64,000 nucleotides of DNA from Mytilus trossulus (GCF_036588685.1 NC_086373.1:36332001-36396000), one strand, 5' to 3'; counted from the first letter of the stretch, positions 51,212 to 63,566 are shown. Numbers and translations: made by a program. The notes: a model not told the origin generated them from the letters alone.

Positions 51212-52763
51212 TTATTGTGAATTGCATTCTTTCCATATCCATTCATCTGAGTAATCGCAGTAAAACTCCATGAAGATGTTTGATTCTCTTTCGACTGGAG
51301 TGAATTTTCCCTTAAATTGCCAGACCGATAATACAGCATCTCCAAAGTCGTTTCCATACATCAATGGGTTATCAGCGGTCACTTTAATAGCTCCAGAACA
51401 AGGAACATAATGAATCTCATCATCTATCCATTTCCGGCATGTTGGTTTACACAATCGTCCGCATGCGTCAGAGGCAGTTATCAATGCTTCTGTTGGTTTA
51501 TGCCCCGTAGGTTTTTCAACAGCGATGTATCCAATATGAGAGGATACAGGAAGTCTGTTGTCAACAAATACATAATCAGTGTATGCACCGTAGTAGTTTA
51601 GTCCTGAAGCCTTCACTCTAACCTTGAATGCACCAGATTCGTCTTCTTGGCAATCATAATATGTAGCTGGGTTGCCCGGATGTACCAAATTTTTCAGATT
51701 TTTATATTTGTGTTCATCATAAATGTCATATCTGTTTCGATGTCCGTTTACTTCAGTCTGTGAATTAAAATGAACCTCTTTTGGGCGTAGATGAACAACC
51801 TTAATTGGTATAAATGCCCATCTTTTCACATTAGCTGACGAGCAACCTGCAATAAAGCTATTCTGTACTGGTTTTCCCATGCATGGTTCCCGTTCTTGAG
51901 GAATGTAGATATTTGCTACATCTGTTGCCTTTACTGTGAAAGTATAGGTATTAGAATTATGATGAACACTAGTATCTCGTCTGCCTCTGTTTCCTCTCAT
52001 TCCGTTATTGGAAGTAATCTGGACATTCCCACCATTGGCTGCTTGAATATAAGGTTGTACTCTATTTCTAAATATTCTGTCAACAGCAGTACATCCAAAC
52101 ACTTGTCTGCCAAAACTTCGACATTGCAAATCAGGTGATCCACAATTAACGTTCTGTTGTGAACAGGTAGGTGAAACCTGGTAATGACACTGTGATGCTA
52201 GCTCACGACTATATCCATCTTGGTTTGTAGGAATACGTCCAAGAAAATTTATAGCTGGCATATTTGTCATTTGAATATTAGCCTGTTGTCCTCCATGGTT
52301 AGGTTTATTAGGGTATGCAATGTTATATCCATGAGAATATCTCCATAACTCCCAAACATAATCAATATAAGCATGGTAAAACCAGAAGACACAATCCCAT
52401 GGTGCTAATTCAAGTCCTAACATTGTTCCGCCTATGTAAGCGTGGACACTGTCATGGAGCGATTCCAAAGTGTCGAAGTTGGAATTTTCAACTAATTCCT
52501 CAATTGTTGGTACATTGATTATATAGGTTAAATTGGTCCATGTGAATAAAGATCCATCATTGCCACCATTTCTGATTATTCTATTCCCTCTCAGATCCCT
52601 AACTCCACCACAAATACCAGAGTCGACGAATCCATTCAGTTCACCAAGGTATTCATCAGTCCAGAGTATAGAATTTTCAGGTCTATCCATATTAGCTTCA
52701 AACGTTGTATCCCAATACGGGAGTGTTATTCCAGGTTCATACTTTTGTAAAACTCGTTCTAGT
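51212..52763 (-). CDS. TyrC coding exon 3 (CuB, furin site RGRR, C-terminal domain); joined protein 682 aa
   Basis: Acceptor tttccag at 52764, then LERVLQKYEPGITLPYWDTTFEAN running into ORF 51212-52690 (ESLHDSVHAYIGGTM...WDCVFWFYHAYID). Confidence 0.95.
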
Positions 52764-53609
52764 CTGGAAAGAAATTTTAAAGAAAAAGAAGATATGATTA
52801 CAATGCCAAGTGTGCAATTAAAACCATGGGAAATTATTAAAAACCAAAATAAATAAATTGTATTTGAACTTAGCTGTTCATACTTATATAAAGTCCTTTA
52901 ACATCATGAAGACTGTTTCTGTTATACAACTAACTTTCTGTATTTAAATGCACTAATTGCGCATTATGACAATCAATATCTCTTGTGTGATAATTTAAGT
53001 AAAAAAAACAATTGAAAACCTTATACAATGATATATTCGTGATTTTAAATTATGTTTTTTTTCTATTATATTCTATAATATGTATTAAGTATATAAGTCT
53101 AAGAAATCCGTACATACATGTAAGACAAATGCCAATTCTGTAACAGAAGGATATCAAATCTAATTCAACAGCCGTCTTAAATGGTAACTGTGCAAATACA
53201 TTTAATCTGATTCTAGAAAAGTTAAGAGACAATTGGCTTTCAATAATCAGCATGAAAAACCTGCACTTTAACATACATCTTTAGATTTGCTAAGTTAAAC
53301 ATAAGTTTCATGTTGTTGGTGGTTTTTTTTTAAAATTATTATCATTAGTTAGAAAAACATAGGGTATGGAGTATCCATCCATGATTGCCAAACATCAGTA
53401 CATACACAGCAAAAATAAACACACAAAGCAAAGGAACGGCGCTTTAAGTAATGACTAGTTGTAATGTTATTATGTCACAGTGCTTGTAAACTTGTGCACG
53501 ATAAATTGAACTACCCTGCTAGGTTCAACATTCGGCTTTTTATTTTTAGCAGAATTCAAAGTTGTGACGCACCGCCATTTAGGAAATAAAGATATATTAT
53601 TATAATTAC

Positions 53610-53707
53610 ATAAGAAGCAAGAATCGGTGATATCCGGGGAAGGCTGGTCCGTTGTGACTGGTAGTTCGGATGTTTTCGTTGTGAAATCTAGCGACCAATC
53701 CAAAATC
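53610..53707 (-). CDS. TyrC coding exon 2 (CuA site)
   Basis: ttttcag|GAT...AT|gtaatt, 98 nt, DFGLVARFHNENIRTTSHNGPAFPGYHRFLLL. Three CuA His intact. Confidence 0.93.
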
Positions 53708-54154
53708 CTGAAAATGACAGGTACATGTATGAACTGAGATGTAGAAAACTGTAGTTTTTATTTAATGTACAAAGTTGACAAATTTATTGCCGTTTAATTG
53801 GTTGGGTTTTTTTTCAATATGAATCGCACTATTAAAACGACCTGTCTTTGTATCTATTAAACACTCATTTTCAACATTCTACATATTACTAGACGATGTA
53901 TCTTGCTCAGTCTATGCTTAATGTAGAAGAAACCCAGGAAAACTACTATGAGTAGTCACAACATGTTAATGCAGAAACATCAGCTAAAATGACGTTGTGA
54001 CACTAGATTATGTTATAGCCGGTTTATACTTTTTTTTAACAAATCAGCCGCAATATGATGCTTGTAGAACTAGTATAGTAATATACACCAATACACGGGA
54101 TATTCTCTATTTAAACAAAAAGGCAGGTTACCATTAACTTATGGGGGTAAATGG

Positions 54155-54368
54155 AAAAGATGAACATTTGGTTCTGGTGGAAAGCTGTCTCACTGGTTAA
54201 TAGAGCGGGGAAATATTAAAAAAAATAACATCTGGTTCTGATGGAAAGTTGTTCATTGGCAAGTAGTATAACAGTGAAATATATTTAAAACAAATCATAT
54301 AGTTATGGTGGTAAGTTGTCTCATTGGCAATTATAACGATGAAATATAAAAAAGATGAACATTTGGTT
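54155..54368. repeat. Degenerate tandem repeat, ~3 x 65 bp, in TyrC intron 1
   Basis: cat.tggttctg.tggaaagttgtctcattggcaa...gaaatat repeated. Confidence 0.7.
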
Positions 54369-54423
54369 GGTTGTATTTTTCTTATTATACAAGATAAGTA
54401 AAAAAAAAATCCAACAAACTTAC

Positions 54424-54822
54424 TCCCGAATCATATGCCCGTCTCCATGCTCTGCGTAATCGCTGTCGTTCCGCACGGGTTAGCATTCTGAGTTCTTTTC
54501 GGAATGGAATATTTCTTGTTTGCCTTTTTGTTCGTTTCCTTGATGTTTCTTCACATAGCAGTTTTCCAAATAAGATACTGATGTCCGAAATAGTAGTATT
54601 ATCATTCGGGTGATCACATTTTTGCAAGTTTGGTCCTGACATCCAAAGATATCTTGAAACACAGGTATTACAAACAGACTCACTGGGAGATTTAGTGACA
54701 TCCTGATACTTAGTTTTCATTCTCAAACAATCTCGCAAAGATGGTGGCAGTTCAATCTCTTCTATGAAGCATCTTCCGACACTGGCATAAGTCAATAACA
54801 GTAAAATACATGTACACAACAT
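54424..54822 (-). CDS. TyrC coding exon 1 (signal peptide, prodomain, furin site RKRTKR)
   Basis: MLCTCILLLLTYASVGRC|FIEE...RKRTKR|QTRNIPFRKELRMLT...YDSG, donor GGA|gtaagt. Confidence 0.92.
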
Positions 54823-57199
54823 GGTATTTTCTGATTATGATTTTGGCTTGATCTAGTTTAAGTTTGCGTATTTTCTTTCAATACGCTCAAATCTTTTGTC
54901 ATAGAAACATACAGAAATTATGTTCTAAGAAAAGAATTTAAAAAAAGATGCTGAAATGTGCCTTCTGAATGCCTCAAATTTCACAGCCACCTGTAAGTTA
55001 ACCATGCCTATATATAACACATGTTTTCGTCATGACTTTTAATTTTTTTAACTATTTTTCATTGGATTTTACGGACTGTTTAAGTTTATTAAGCGCAATG
55101 TACTATTTTAATACATGTGTATAGGCATCTATATTTTGTCAAAACAATATATTATGACTAAGCTGAATTGTCTATACATGAGAAAACATTACTGATGTGT
55201 GCATTTGATATTCTTTTAACTTTAAACTTCAAAATCCATTCATCCTTGTGATAGAATCGAGAGAAAATGAAACAGGTTGGTGTTTGAAGGAGTATACCAC
55301 TGATTTGAAAGTTGTACTATGTTAAATGTCACTTGAAAATAGTATCACTGACTTCCGAAGCAATTTCTAATTTCTAATCAGTTCGTACGTCAAACTTGTG
55401 ACATCTGAAAGATTTTGTAATAGGGTTACATACATGGATGATATTTTACTGCTTTTCCTTCTTATACTGAAATTATTTTTTTTTTTATGAAAAACACGTG
55501 GAACAGGTATTTAAAGAAATCAGCTGTCAATCATGATTTTAAAAACGCAATAACAAAATCTCACGCATTCTTGGCATATTTTCACCTGCTTCAGCATAAA
55601 TCGAATTAATGATTTCAGGAATATGCAACAGTGGAAACACATTATTTTTTTCGTTCAGTAACAATTGACCACGTTCCCGAATAAGAAACATTTCATGAAC
55701 GTATGTAAGATTACTTGTACTTTCTGGTATTAATAAGAGGAAATAGAAGGTATATGTCATAGAGATATATAGTAACAAAATTTTTACACTGAATCCATTG
55801 GATCTGTACTAATTGATAGTTTAGTCTTAAGTGCATGCTATTTTTATCAGTTGTCATTGGCTTTGAACTAGTTTTCAGTAGTTGCGAGCGCTCTCAGATC
55901 TGTAATTAGTTTCTTTTTATTGTTGTGATGTACAAGTTCCCAGTCACGTCCACTCTATGTTTTTATTATATGTATTTCTATTGATACCCATCTGATGAGT
56001 TGTACATAAGCCTTTTCGACTTATTTTTATAGCTCGTTCTTATTTGGTTCTGTTACACCTCGGTCAGGTGGCGGGATGTGCATGTATGTGCCTGTCCCAA
56101 GTCGGGAGCCTGGTATTCAGTGGTTGTCGTTTGTTGCTGTGTAACATATTTGTTTTTCGTTCACTTTTTTGTTTTGTACAACAATTAGGCCGTTAGTTTT
56201 CATATTTTTATTGTTTTACATTGTCATTCGGGTCCTTTCTTAGCTGACTATGCGGTATGGGATTTGCTCATTGTTGGGAGGCCGTATGTTGACCTATAGA
56301 TGTTAATTTCTGTGTCATTTGGTCTCTTGTGGAGCGTTGTCTCATCAAGATTTCTGTTGAACTAGATAGAACTAAAATATGTACATGCACAAACAAACAC
56401 AACCAGGAATTAATACAGTAAGAATGCGTAGAAACTTGTCCAAAGTCTTTGATAAGTTTTGTTATGAAGACAAAGTTTTCTTCCGAAGAAGATTTTTGAT
56501 ATATCTGTGCTCAGAAATCCTTGGGGTCAATTTTTAGGGGTAGTGGTAACCGGAGTTCATGGAAAGAACCAACGATCTTCTATGAAAACTTACAATTCTT
56601 AACAAAGAAATAAATGCACAATAGTGACGAAAGTGGCATTAAATTCCGACCAATCAACAAATCAACCATCCTCTGACCAAGTCTAAATTGTAAACATATT
56701 CCGGTTCGTTATTTTAGGGAATTTATACAATGCTTTCTTGTGTGATGTTGTTTGTCAAGGAATACATGTGTTCTTTTACCTCAACGATTCTAAAATCAAA
56801 GACCGTACCCCATCGCTTTGTCCAAATTATTAAGAATAAAATCGTCAAAGATGACGTCGAAATGAAGTTTCATCGTCGTGAGGCATAGTTGACTATATAT
56901 GCATAAGGATTTTATTTTTAAATTCCTAGTTCTTGCTTTTATAGCTCCTCACAAAGTCATGTATTTATTTAAGAATTGAAATTTTCTTTTTGTAATTTAA
57001 TTGGGTTGTTGAAACGTTGACCGAAGCACATTTTGTATGAAGCGCTTCAAAAGGTGAAAAAAGCTTTTAACAACCATATTCAATTACAAAAAAGGGATTC
57101 TGTTCTTTAGCTTCCTTATTATGCATCAACTTTGTAATTTTGAATTCTATCAAAGTTTTCGTATTTTCCTATGCATTGCTGCGACATTGAACTTAGCTT

Positions 57200-57520
57200 G
57201 CCATAAATGCTGAAATTGTAATAATGATTTTTCCCAGATGATTGGGTTCAATTTGTATATCATTAAGGACTAAAGAAACAACAGAGACGGCTTCCCGTGA
57301 CTGTCTCGTTTAAGACTTATACCTCGAACTTGACATAAGTGGTCATATCCGAACTAGAATCTATGACAAACGAGACGAATTCAGTGTCTGAGCAAAAAGT
57401 TGATGAACCAAGTTTATTCCAAAGAACGTTTCGTCCGTTTTCTTATAAAAGTTTATCGAAAGATACCAAGACCGTGTTGATAAATATTCCGTACCAACTT
57501 CATAATTGATACTGTCTTCA
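57200..57520 (+). mobile_element. Penelope-like RT fragment (second subfamily)
   Basis: Translates LKETTETAS..DLYLELDISGHIRTRIYDKRDEF, homologous to IKDTT..SASYLD..KLYDKRNDF at 9350-9450. Confidence 0.7.
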
Positions 57521-58339
57521 GGTATAGATTTTAGTAACTCGAGTTTATATTACATGTATCTGTTTAACGTGTTATTGTATACTTTTAATTGTCTGTTTAA
57601 ATTATTACTTTTAGTTTTTAGTCTATGTTTAGTCTATGTTTGGTATTGTTCATTTGACGTGTACATCCCGTCATTGTGTTGTTGTGCAGCGGTTTGTATT
57701 TCGTTTTTGCTAACTTGCTTTGTCTATATGCCATTTTTGTATTTCTTTGTTTTTTCGTTTTTACGGTGATTAAGATTTTAACACAGTGTTGACTGCTCTA
57801 TCCGTATTTTTGACATTATAATATAATTAGTATGTCTGTTCACAGATCGTAGTCAATATAATGAAATTTTATGCGACTGTTATAGTGACAATCGAGAGTT
57901 TTAGCTAGCTTTTAAACCAAGTTTAATCCTCCATTTTCTACATAAGAGAATGCCTGTACCAAGTCAGGAATATGCTGTTGTTGTCCATTCGCTTGATGTA
58001 TTTGAGCTTTTAATTTTGCCATTCGCTTAGGAAATTTCCGTTTAGAATTATCCTTGGAGTTCGGTATTTTTTCTTTTTTTCAATTTTTTATACTGAAATA
58101 AAAACTTATTTTGAAATGCCTTTATATTTCTGACAGCCAATCAAATTTCATAGATTCTAGTGAACATAAAAAATTAATGAAACATTCCGGGTGAAAATGT
58201 ATCTAGAGAAAAGCGATTCGAACCAATAAAATTTGTAAACCGTTATTTTCATTTTTTTTACATTGCTGGTAATTCTCAAGCAAATTGTACCACATTTGAT
58301 AGGCTATTCGTGAATGTTCTTTAAGCATATGGCTCCACC

Positions 58340-58790
58340 CGTATTTTACGTATTTTTTTACATCCTTAAAATGTTTGAGCATTTTTTATGAAGACTAATG
58401 TGAAAAATGCCTCGGATGTACCAATCTTATCATTTAAGTGTTATTTTCTTTTCGCTATCATGGGACCGATACAACTGCTAGTAGGATTTAAGCCCCAGAT
58501 TGTATCGTCACTTCAAGTAGGCTGTGGTTCGGTATGGACATGATTTATAGCACACGGGTTTACACATTTACGTTCATGCTTAATCTATAATAATTTACTC
58601 TAAAACTAAGGTTTCAATTTCAACAGCTTAGATATCTGCTATTCATTTTTATAGCCCTTTCGTTTAAACAGCTTATCACGTTTTCAAGTATTTATATATT
58701 CAAGGCTTTTAATGTTTTGTGGTTTGTCACACTCAGCGTTCCTGTTAAGGTGAAAAATCGCTTTATACACGCTCCAAGATTTATATCCAT
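58340..58790 (+). mobile_element. Highly degenerate family-C retrozyme-like unit
   Basis: Two decayed hammerhead-like motifs (~58378, ~58736) ~358 bp apart. The spacer resembles the reverse complement of the family-A spacer (ttcggtatggacatga). Confidence 0.45.
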
Positions 58791-59996
58791 TTACATTACT
58801 CATTATTGATTTTAACCAAAGTAAAACGATAGGTGTCTCTTGTGGAACTTTTTACCAATATAGATCATATGAGTACATCTCAGGTGTTGCTCTACTGTTT
58901 TCCTATGTTGTGTTTTGGTTTAGACTGTGGTACTATTGTGTTTTTCCTTTGTCTTTGTAGTTTATCTAGCGAATATTGTCTTTTTTTCCATTCGAGTTTT
59001 GGCACAGTCTGAACCTTAAAGACACTTATTTATTCGAATAGTCCATATGTCCATACTTTGTCATCTTATATTATTCGAAGTTTTGATATATAAATAACTG
59101 TGAAACTTTCTGCTTGGTACGACTTTGAGATCGAATAACTAATATTGTATATATTGCTTTAGAGAGATTTAAAAAGATGTGGTAAGAGTACCCATGAGAC
59201 AACATAATTAGTTAAAGTGAACCATTATAGGTCAAAGTATAGAGCCTTGACTCACATCGAACAGCAGGCTATAAAGGGCCTCAAAAAGGACTTGTGCAAA
59301 ACTATTCACACAGAAGAACCAATAGACTATTTTTTTTAAAAGATAAACGAGAAACGGTTATAAACCACGTCAATAAACGACAACCACTGAACAACAGGTT
59401 CTTGACTCAGGACAGGTGTAAACTAATGCAGATGGGTTAAAATGTGTTAACAGGCGCCAAACTCCACCCTAATCTAAAATAATAGAGTAAAAAATAAAGA
59501 TGCATATTTGTTTTGTTTGTGCTTCGACTACTGTTCAGTTTCTACATGGATTGTTTTGTCTTCCTTCGCCATGAATCTGTAATGCAGTGATTGTTGTTGG
59601 TTCATATCTCACATAATTCGTTTTTGTGAACTGTTTTTGGTATAAATTAATTAGTTAGTTTTTACTTTGAATTGCTTCAATTTCTTAAGGCGAGACCTTT
59701 TAAAGTACCACTGCGGCCCAGCTTTGATTGTTGATGAAATAAATAATGATAATTTCTTTGAAAAGAGTTGTCGTTGAGTATTGGTATACTCGGTAATAAA
59801 ACAGTGTTTGTAATGCCCCTTATCATTTCAGTGAAGGGAGTTCAGGTTCTTTTTAAAGTTAACTCTTGTGGCGGTCGTCTCATTGACAATCATAGCACAT
59901 CTCCTTTCTTCATAATATTCTTGAAATGTTCATGTAAAATTATTAGCACGATATAAAAGAAAAGACAATATGTATTACTTTTATCACAATTCAGTT

Positions 59997-60002
59997 TTTA
60001 TT
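59997..60002 (-). terminator. Candidate poly(A) signal of TyrD
   Basis: AATAAA ~65 nt after the stop codon. Confidence 0.4.
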
Positions 60003-60067
60003 CAGGTTCTGGCTATTATTTCAGATCTGTTACAATTATTAAATTGTATAAAACCAACTACAAATCA

Positions 60068-61631
60068 TTAACGTTTGTATGTATCACTTTGTTTCCACAT
60101 CCATTCATTCGAATAATCGCAGAAAAATTCCATAAATATATTTGATTCATTTTCGATCGGTGTGAAATCTTCGTTAAATTCCCAAATCGATAAAACGCCA
60201 TCCCCAAAGTCGTTTCCGTACATCAACGGACTCTGTTGGGTCACTCTAATGGCGCCAGAACATGGAACATAATAGAGTTTACCTTTAACCCATTGACGAC
60301 ATCTTGGTTTACACAATCGTCCGCATGCGTCAGAGGCAGTTATCAAAGCGTCTGTAGGAGTATACGATGTAGGTTTTTCAACAGCGATATACCCGATATG
60401 AGAGGATATTGGAAGTCTGTTGTCAACGAACACATAATCAGTGTATGCACCGAAGTAACTTAATCCAGTAGACTTCAGTCTTACTTTGAATGCACCGGAT
60501 TCATCTTCTTGGCAATTGTAGTATGTTGCTGGATTACCAGGTCGGACAAGCTTTTTTAAATGATTATATTTGTGCTCATCATACATATCATACCTGTTCT
60601 TGTTTCCATTGGTTTCGGACTGTGAAGTAAAGTGGGCCTCTGTTGGACGCAAATGAACAACTTTAATTGGTATAAAGGCCCATCTCTTCACGTCAGCTTT
60701 TGAACAACCTGCTACAAAATTATTCTGAATTGGCTTTCCCATACATGGTTCATGTTCTTGTGGAAAGTAGATGTTTGTTATTTCGGTTGATTGAATTACT
60801 ATAGATACGGTGTTTTTAATAGTAGTAAGATGGATATTAGTGGTGTCTCTTTTTGTCCTCTTTCCTTCATGGTGATCATCTAAATCAAGCTTGACTTTTC
60901 CACCTTGGACGGCTTTCAGATAAGGTGCTACGCTGTGTCTAAATATTCTATCAACAGCAGTACATCTAAAGGACCCATCAATGCGTCGGCATTGCAAATC
61001 AGGTGATCCACAATACAGGTTATGTTGTGAACAAGTAGGTGACATTAAATATTGGGTCAAAGATGCGAGCTCACGACCATATCCGTCCTTGTTGGTCGGA
61101 ATATGTCCAAGAAAATCTACATATGGCATATTTTCTATTGGGACTTCGGCCTCCTGTATTCTTTTGTTAGGTTTAAAAGGATAGTCAATATTGTAATCAT
61201 GGGTATATCTCCATAATTCCCAAGTATAATCTATGTAGGCATGTTGAAACCAGAAAACGCAATCCCATGGTGCTAATTCCAGTAAGGACATTGTACCCCC
61301 TATATAATTGTGAACATTGCCATGAAGCGATTCCATAGTATCGTAACTAGAATCTTCAACTAAATCGTCAATTCTTTGTTTATTCAATACGTATGTTAAA
61401 TTAGTATGTGTAAATAATGCACCACCATTCCCACCATTTCTTATGATTTTATTACCCCTAAGATCCCGAAATCCCCCACAAATACCAGTGTTGACGAATC
61501 CGTTTATTTCCCCAAGGTATTCATTATTCCAGAGTATGGAATTTTCAGGTTTATCCATATTAGCTTCAACAGTGGTGTCCCAATACGGGAGCGATACTTC
61601 TGGATCAAAACTCTGCAAAATTCGTTCTAAT
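60068..61631 (-). CDS. TyrD coding exon 3 (CuB, furin site KRTKR, C-terminal domain); joined protein 686 aa
   Basis: Acceptor tttacag at 61632, then LERILQSFDPEVSLPYW...ESLHGNVHNYIGGTM...WDCVFWFQHAYID. No stops or frameshifts. Confidence 0.95.
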
Positions 61632-62361
61632 CTGTAAAGAAATATTTATAAAATGTAATTCCTTGCAAAATTTCGACATTATTTATATATGTTACAAATC
61701 TAAACATTTTACAAAATATTCTTATCGTAAGTGTGCTATTTGCAAGTCAACTATTGACAAAATAAAATTTTAAGACGCTACCAGTTGATCAAATGTACAG
61801 AAAAAATATTAAATACGATATCGGTAACCAGTTTTGTTTCTTTGTTGACTTTTAAACTTTAGCTAACTTGTTCAATAAGTCTTCAATCTTTCAATTCTTA
61901 ATAAAATATTGCACGCTTCTAAAATACAATGTTCAGAGGTCGTGGAAAAAACAAGAATAAGTCCTGCATGCTAGATTGAAAATTTATGGCACGATGCTTA
62001 AATATTCTTTCTGATTTTTTTTATATTTCTTGTAATAGACATGAGATATACGGATACACGTTTATTTTGTACTTTTGAATACTTATAACCTTCATTTTAC
62101 TTTTTTTATTTACATCGTAAAAAACTTAGCTTTATCATATGACATTTTCCCCAACAGATTAGTTGAAGTTATACGCAGTATCGTGTCTAACAGCCAAAGG
62201 CACAGCATAATAATGAAAGTATGTTTCATCTTGCTTTTTTACAGCATTTGTCCAAAAAAAATCCCGAACACTCTTGCTTGAGGATTGTGAGAGTTTTCAT
62301 CGAGCAAAAACAAGTTAAAAAAACAGATGTTCTTAAAGAATAAGGAAATGTGCATATTTAC

Positions 62362-62459
62362 ATCAGTAGTAAAAATCTGTAATAACCAGGAAAGGCAGGT
62401 CCACTTTGTGCAGCATTTCTGCTGTTGTCGTTGTGGAATCTAACAAGCCATCCAAAATA
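62362..62459 (-). CDS. TyrD coding exon 2 (degenerate CuA site: His->Gln, His->Tyr)
   Basis: ttggcag|TAT...AT|gtaaat, 98 nt, YFGWLVRFHNDNSRNAAQSGPAFPGYYRFLLL. Frame and splice sites are intact but only one of three CuA His remains. Confidence 0.92.
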
Positions 62460-63167
62460 CTGCCAATAAAAAGTATACATTATAAAGAAACCGTTAAAAC
62501 ATTTAAGTTTCACAACAAAGTTAGAACAAATCAATAATTAGATAACAATAGGTCGTCTCTGTTTTCTGATGTTTGGTAATGACTCAATGGATCGATTACT
62601 AAGTAGGATGCGTTGTCTTGAATAAGTAAACTTATTCTTGCCGATTACGATATCTTATCTTTACTGCATAGAAACAATGCTTGCTTTCTCTGATTAAATT
62701 TTATTAAAAGCGATAATGTAAAGGTGCAGTGTACCTTTTTTTAGAAATAGACAACAATCGGACCAAAGAAACAGCCAAAAGTCACAAATGGGGTTTCAAC
62801 ACAGCGAAAACAAACTGACCCGGAATGGATATAACACTAAAATCCAGAATATATAAACGAACTTAAATTGAAATAAAAACATACAAAACCAACAACGACC
62901 ATAGTTTATTTATAGGAAAACCATTAAGATATAGACAATTATTGAATTTTTATTTTACAAAGAAATAAAAAAAAATAATGTTTGATACTTTATTATAAAT
63001 ATATTGTATTTAAAGGTTAAATCTATAAAACGATTGATGATTGGATATATCTAATATCAACCAGAGTTATTTAATTTCAATATGAAAAAAACGAGTCTTT
63101 AGCGAGTTAATCCTTAGCATCATAATCTAATAACGAGAACTTTTAACATGATACATTTTGTACTTAC

Positions 63168-63566
63168 TCCACTTTTGTAGGCTTTTGACCATGCTCTTTG
63201 TAATCGGAGTCTTTCTGCACGTGTTAACATTCTAATTTCTTTACGAAAAAGAACACTCCCTGCTTGACGCTTTGTTCGCTTTCCTTTTATTTCATCATGT
63301 AGAAGTTTTCCAAAATAGTTACTTATGTCCGATACAGTTATATTATCGTTTGGATGGTCACATTTTTGCAAGTTTGGTCCTTCCTTCCATAAAAATCTTG
63401 TTATACAATTATTACAGACGGACTCACTGGGCGATTTAGTAACGTCTTGGTATTTACTCTTCATCATCAAACATTCCTTTAAAGATGGCGGCAGTTGTAT
63501 TTCTTCAATTAAACATCTTCCTATACTGACCAAAGACAGCAGAAGCCCAATACGCACACACAGCAT
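63168..63566 (-). CDS. TyrD coding exon 1 (signal peptide, prodomain, furin site KRTKR)
   Basis: True start is the second Met of ORF 63120-63596 (tttttcag|gttttaccATG). MLCVRIGLLLSLVSIGRC|LIEE...KRTKR|QAG...YKSG, donor GGA|gtaagt. Confidence 0.92.

Noticed and set aside
52370-52385. Loss of a CuB histidine in TyrC (FYH) and TyrD (FQH)
   Set aside because: The copper ligand is the second His of the HH pair (H-x3-D), which is retained; only the non-ligand His changed.
53470-53703. 77-aa ORF overlapping TyrC exon 2
   Set aside because: Wrong frame. The real exon is 53610-53707 in another frame.
55985-56030. CTGATGA motif as another hammerhead (also ~7010)
   Set aside because: No stem II followed by GAAA and no closing stem I.
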